Shown here in pieces: positions 33,101-35,388 of a stretch of DNA of 35,388 nucleotides. Source of the stretch: Welwitschia mirabilis (Eukaryota). The stretch's first letter is position 1. Every line of letters begins with the position of its first letter. The DNA is taken from assembly GCA_051453625.1 (NCBI GenBank), contig JBOZIK010000001.1, positions 19,394,383 through 19,429,770 on the forward strand. Reading direction: 5' to 3'. Both the position numbers and the translations under genes were made by a program. Under the pieces are notes generated by a model. It was not told where the DNA came from. It saw only the letters and a list, made by a program, of their open reading frames with translations, and searched no databases.

Positions 33101-34090
33101 AGGCTTTCTACCCTATCCATATATTCTACACCTTCATCATTTGATGGTAACTTTATGGTATTAATATGTTTAATTCTATAGTCATGTTGCCAAAGAAAAT
33201 CTTCATTAATCCATTCCTATAATTGATTAAGGCATTTGAAGTTGCTAGGAATGGTCTACCTAAAATGATAACACTAATTGGTTTATTGAGTTTTCCGTGT
33301 TCAAAATCACAAAGTTCACTAGGAAGTACCCTAACGATAACATCCTCTATAACTTCTAATAGTGTTTTTGGAGAGTTATCAGCTAACTAGAGTTAGAGTT
33401 TCATGTTTTTAAGTCCTTCTAAGCCTAGATCTTTGTAGGTTCCATAAGAAAGTAAATTCACATGAGTCCCTAAGTCTAATAAAGCTTGGTTAAATCACTT
33501 ATTACCCATGGTAAGATCGATTGTGAGGTATATGGGGTCTTTGTATTTGGTTAGACATTGATTTTAAAGAATTGCACTCTTTTGTTACACTAGAAAAGCT
33601 TTTCCCTTCATGTGCATGAGCCTTTTTATAGTGGACATGTCTTTAAGGAATTTGGCATAGGAAGGAACTTGTTTGATAGCTTCTAAGAGAGGGATATTTA
33701 CCTTAACTTCTTTAAAAATTTCTAAAGCCTCTAACTATTTTTTCATTATATTATCCTTCCTAAGTTGTTAAGGAAAATGTAAGGGTTCTTTATATATAGG
33801 TAAAGGTTCTTCATTTTTATCCTTTTCTTTCTTTTCTATGAAGCTTGATTTTTCCTTGGTTTTATTTTGCATAAGTAAATTTTCTAACTTTTTCACGTTC
33901 CTAAGGTATATCGACTTAGTTTCTTCTAAACATTCTATTCCTTCAGTAAACCAAACTCCCTTCAGATTTAGTTGAGCACTTATGGGGATTTTTCCTATTT
34001 CCCTTTTGTTTAGGATGGAAAGAATTTGGGTTTGCATTTGTTGATTTTGTTGGAGGACCTAGGTGGTAAATTGCATGGTTTGATCAAGTT
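30109..34090 (-). pseudogene. pol: Athila-like Ty3/gypsy gag-pol relic (gag C-terminus, protease, RT, RNase H, integrase)
   Basis: GKIPISAQLNLKG, VKVNIPLLEAIKQVPSYAKFLKDM (gag); ALLDLGTHVNLL (protease); RKDYFPPPFFDQILE, LDGYSCYNQ, MPFGLCN, IFMNDF, EKCHFMV (RT); [42 protein letters not shown] (RNase H); YHPQTS, FKVNGHCLK*Y (integrase). Stop codon at 30111-30109. Confidence 0.95.
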
Positions 34091-34190
34091 NNNNNNNNNN
34101 NNNNNNNNNNNNNNNNNNNNNNNNNNNNNNNNNNNNNNNNNNNNNNNNNNNNNNNNNNNNNNNNNNNNNNNNNNNNNNNNNNNNNNNNNN
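34091..34190. other. Assembly gap of exactly 100 N (probably unknown size)
   Basis: Run of 100 N. Confidence 1.
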
Positions 34191-34500
34191 TATCCTAAAA
34201 CATATCCATTGTATGTGATAAAATAAGTTTACATTCCATTAACTTAATACAATATATCTCTGTGTGACGAAAATAAAAGATAGGAATAAATATAAGACAC
34301 AATTCTAACATCATTATTGTATGCAAATCAAAAGGGTCTATAGTTAAGTAATAACTATGTCATCTAATTATTTTAAATCTTATAATGTATTAATAGGATC
34401 TAAATAGAATTTGATCCTAAGTTCCATTGTGCATGTTAGTTAATAATGTCTAAGGGAAAAAATATTACTTAATTAGGGTAATTAAATTTATGGTATTACA
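34191..34500 (+). repeat. 3' end of another Tekay-family LTR
   Basis: Collinear with 29618-29932 and ends TAATTAGGGTAATTAAATTTATGGTATTACA; no PBS follows. Confidence 0.88.
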
Positions 34501-35272
34501 AAGAACTAAGAAACTCCCCTTTAACTAGTAAGAACCTACGCACATGAGAAATAAAAACAAAGGTACTTCCTTCAAAATTTCTTAATGTAAATAAGGTTCT
34601 TTTTAATGCAAGGGGCCTAAATTAATTATTAAATGATAAAAATCTAAAATTAGTTAATTTTAAATTCTACTTCTAAATCTGGGTAGTGATCGCATCCTCT
34701 CCAAGGGTGATACCCTCTCTAAAGGAAGTAAAAACATAAAACATGAATCACATAGGTGGGGCTTCGAAGTCATTAGCTAATTTCGGTTGCCTCAGCTATA
34801 TACCCCCCTAAAGGGAGAGTATCATGTAATAGACCTACTTCAAAATCACTAAATTCTAAGTTTTATTAAACATGTGTTCCTTGATGATGAAATCCAAGTA
34901 GATCTTACTACTGTTCCTCTAGCCTTCATCTAATATACCCTCAATTACTAAGGCATACACAGGAATCTGAACCTCGGGGCACCTAGGATGTTTAAGAGAG
35001 ACACAACTATCCAGACTACCTAAACTTTACAATTATAATAGTTAAGGCTACACAATAAGTCTTAGAAGACAACATAAAGCCCAACATAAATCTCTGTTCT
35101 ATGTAAGGTTCCCTATGCCCATCACTAACCAAAACTTAATGCTAGTGAAAAATGTTAAGTGTTTAAAGAGTAAAAGATAATTTTCCTTTTTATTAGTTAA
35201 CCTAAGCAATATTAGTAAAATTATTAAGTGTGAAAAGAAATAAAAACACCAACACATAGCAAAAAGGACTAA
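34501..35272 (-). mobile_element. Probable 5' leader/UTR of the Athila element whose gag-pol lies at 30109-34090
   Basis: It sits upstream of gag on the minus strand, is non-coding and has T-rich tracts on the minus strand. The assignment is positional inference only. Confidence 0.35.
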
Positions 35273-35388
35273 TGTAACACCCCAACTTTAATTACCCTAA
35301 TTAACCATAATTTATTTTTTTTTAACTATCATGCACAACGGAACCTAGGATCAAATCCTAATTAGACTCTATTAACACATTATAAGAT
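35273..35388 (-). repeat. 3' end of a fourth Tekay-family LTR, opposite orientation, continuing beyond the window
   Basis: Plus strand TGTAACACCCCAACTTTAATTACCCTAATTAACCATAA is the reverse complement of the LTR end at 29932. Confidence 0.9.

Overview
This is AT-rich plant-type nuclear DNA with six assembly gaps. I found no intact protein-coding gene, RNA gene or CRISPR array. It is a stack of old, nested, heavily C->T/G->A-decayed transposons. From left to right: (1) a segment ending in a CACTA/En-Spm terminus (TIR 7230-7241 plus subterminal repeats) that carries spliced exon-like fragments but no visible transposase; (2) a minus-strand Athila-like LTR element (LTR 11048-12286, tRNA-Asp-type PBS) with a long acidic decayed ORF and no recognisable RT or integrase; (3) a plus-strand Ty3/gypsy chromovirus (Tekay/Del-like; gag from 13534, pol, chromodomain, ~3.8 kb 3' LTR ending at 29932); (4) a minus-strand Ty1/copia Sirevirus (17655-25799; both LTRs, TSD, PBS, multiple PPTs, env-like ORF) inserted in the Tekay integrase-chromodomain linker and itself interrupted by an Athila-like LTR and a Tekay LTR end; (5) a minus-strand Athila gag-pol relic (30109-34090) followed by two more Tekay LTR ends. 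I cannot show a new biological system here. The best candidates for a second look are the RT-less Athila-like element with its orphan ORF, the exon cargo inside the CACTA-terminated segment, and the Sirevirus env-like ORF. All alignments and translations were done by eye, and family names come from recalled motifs, not database searches.
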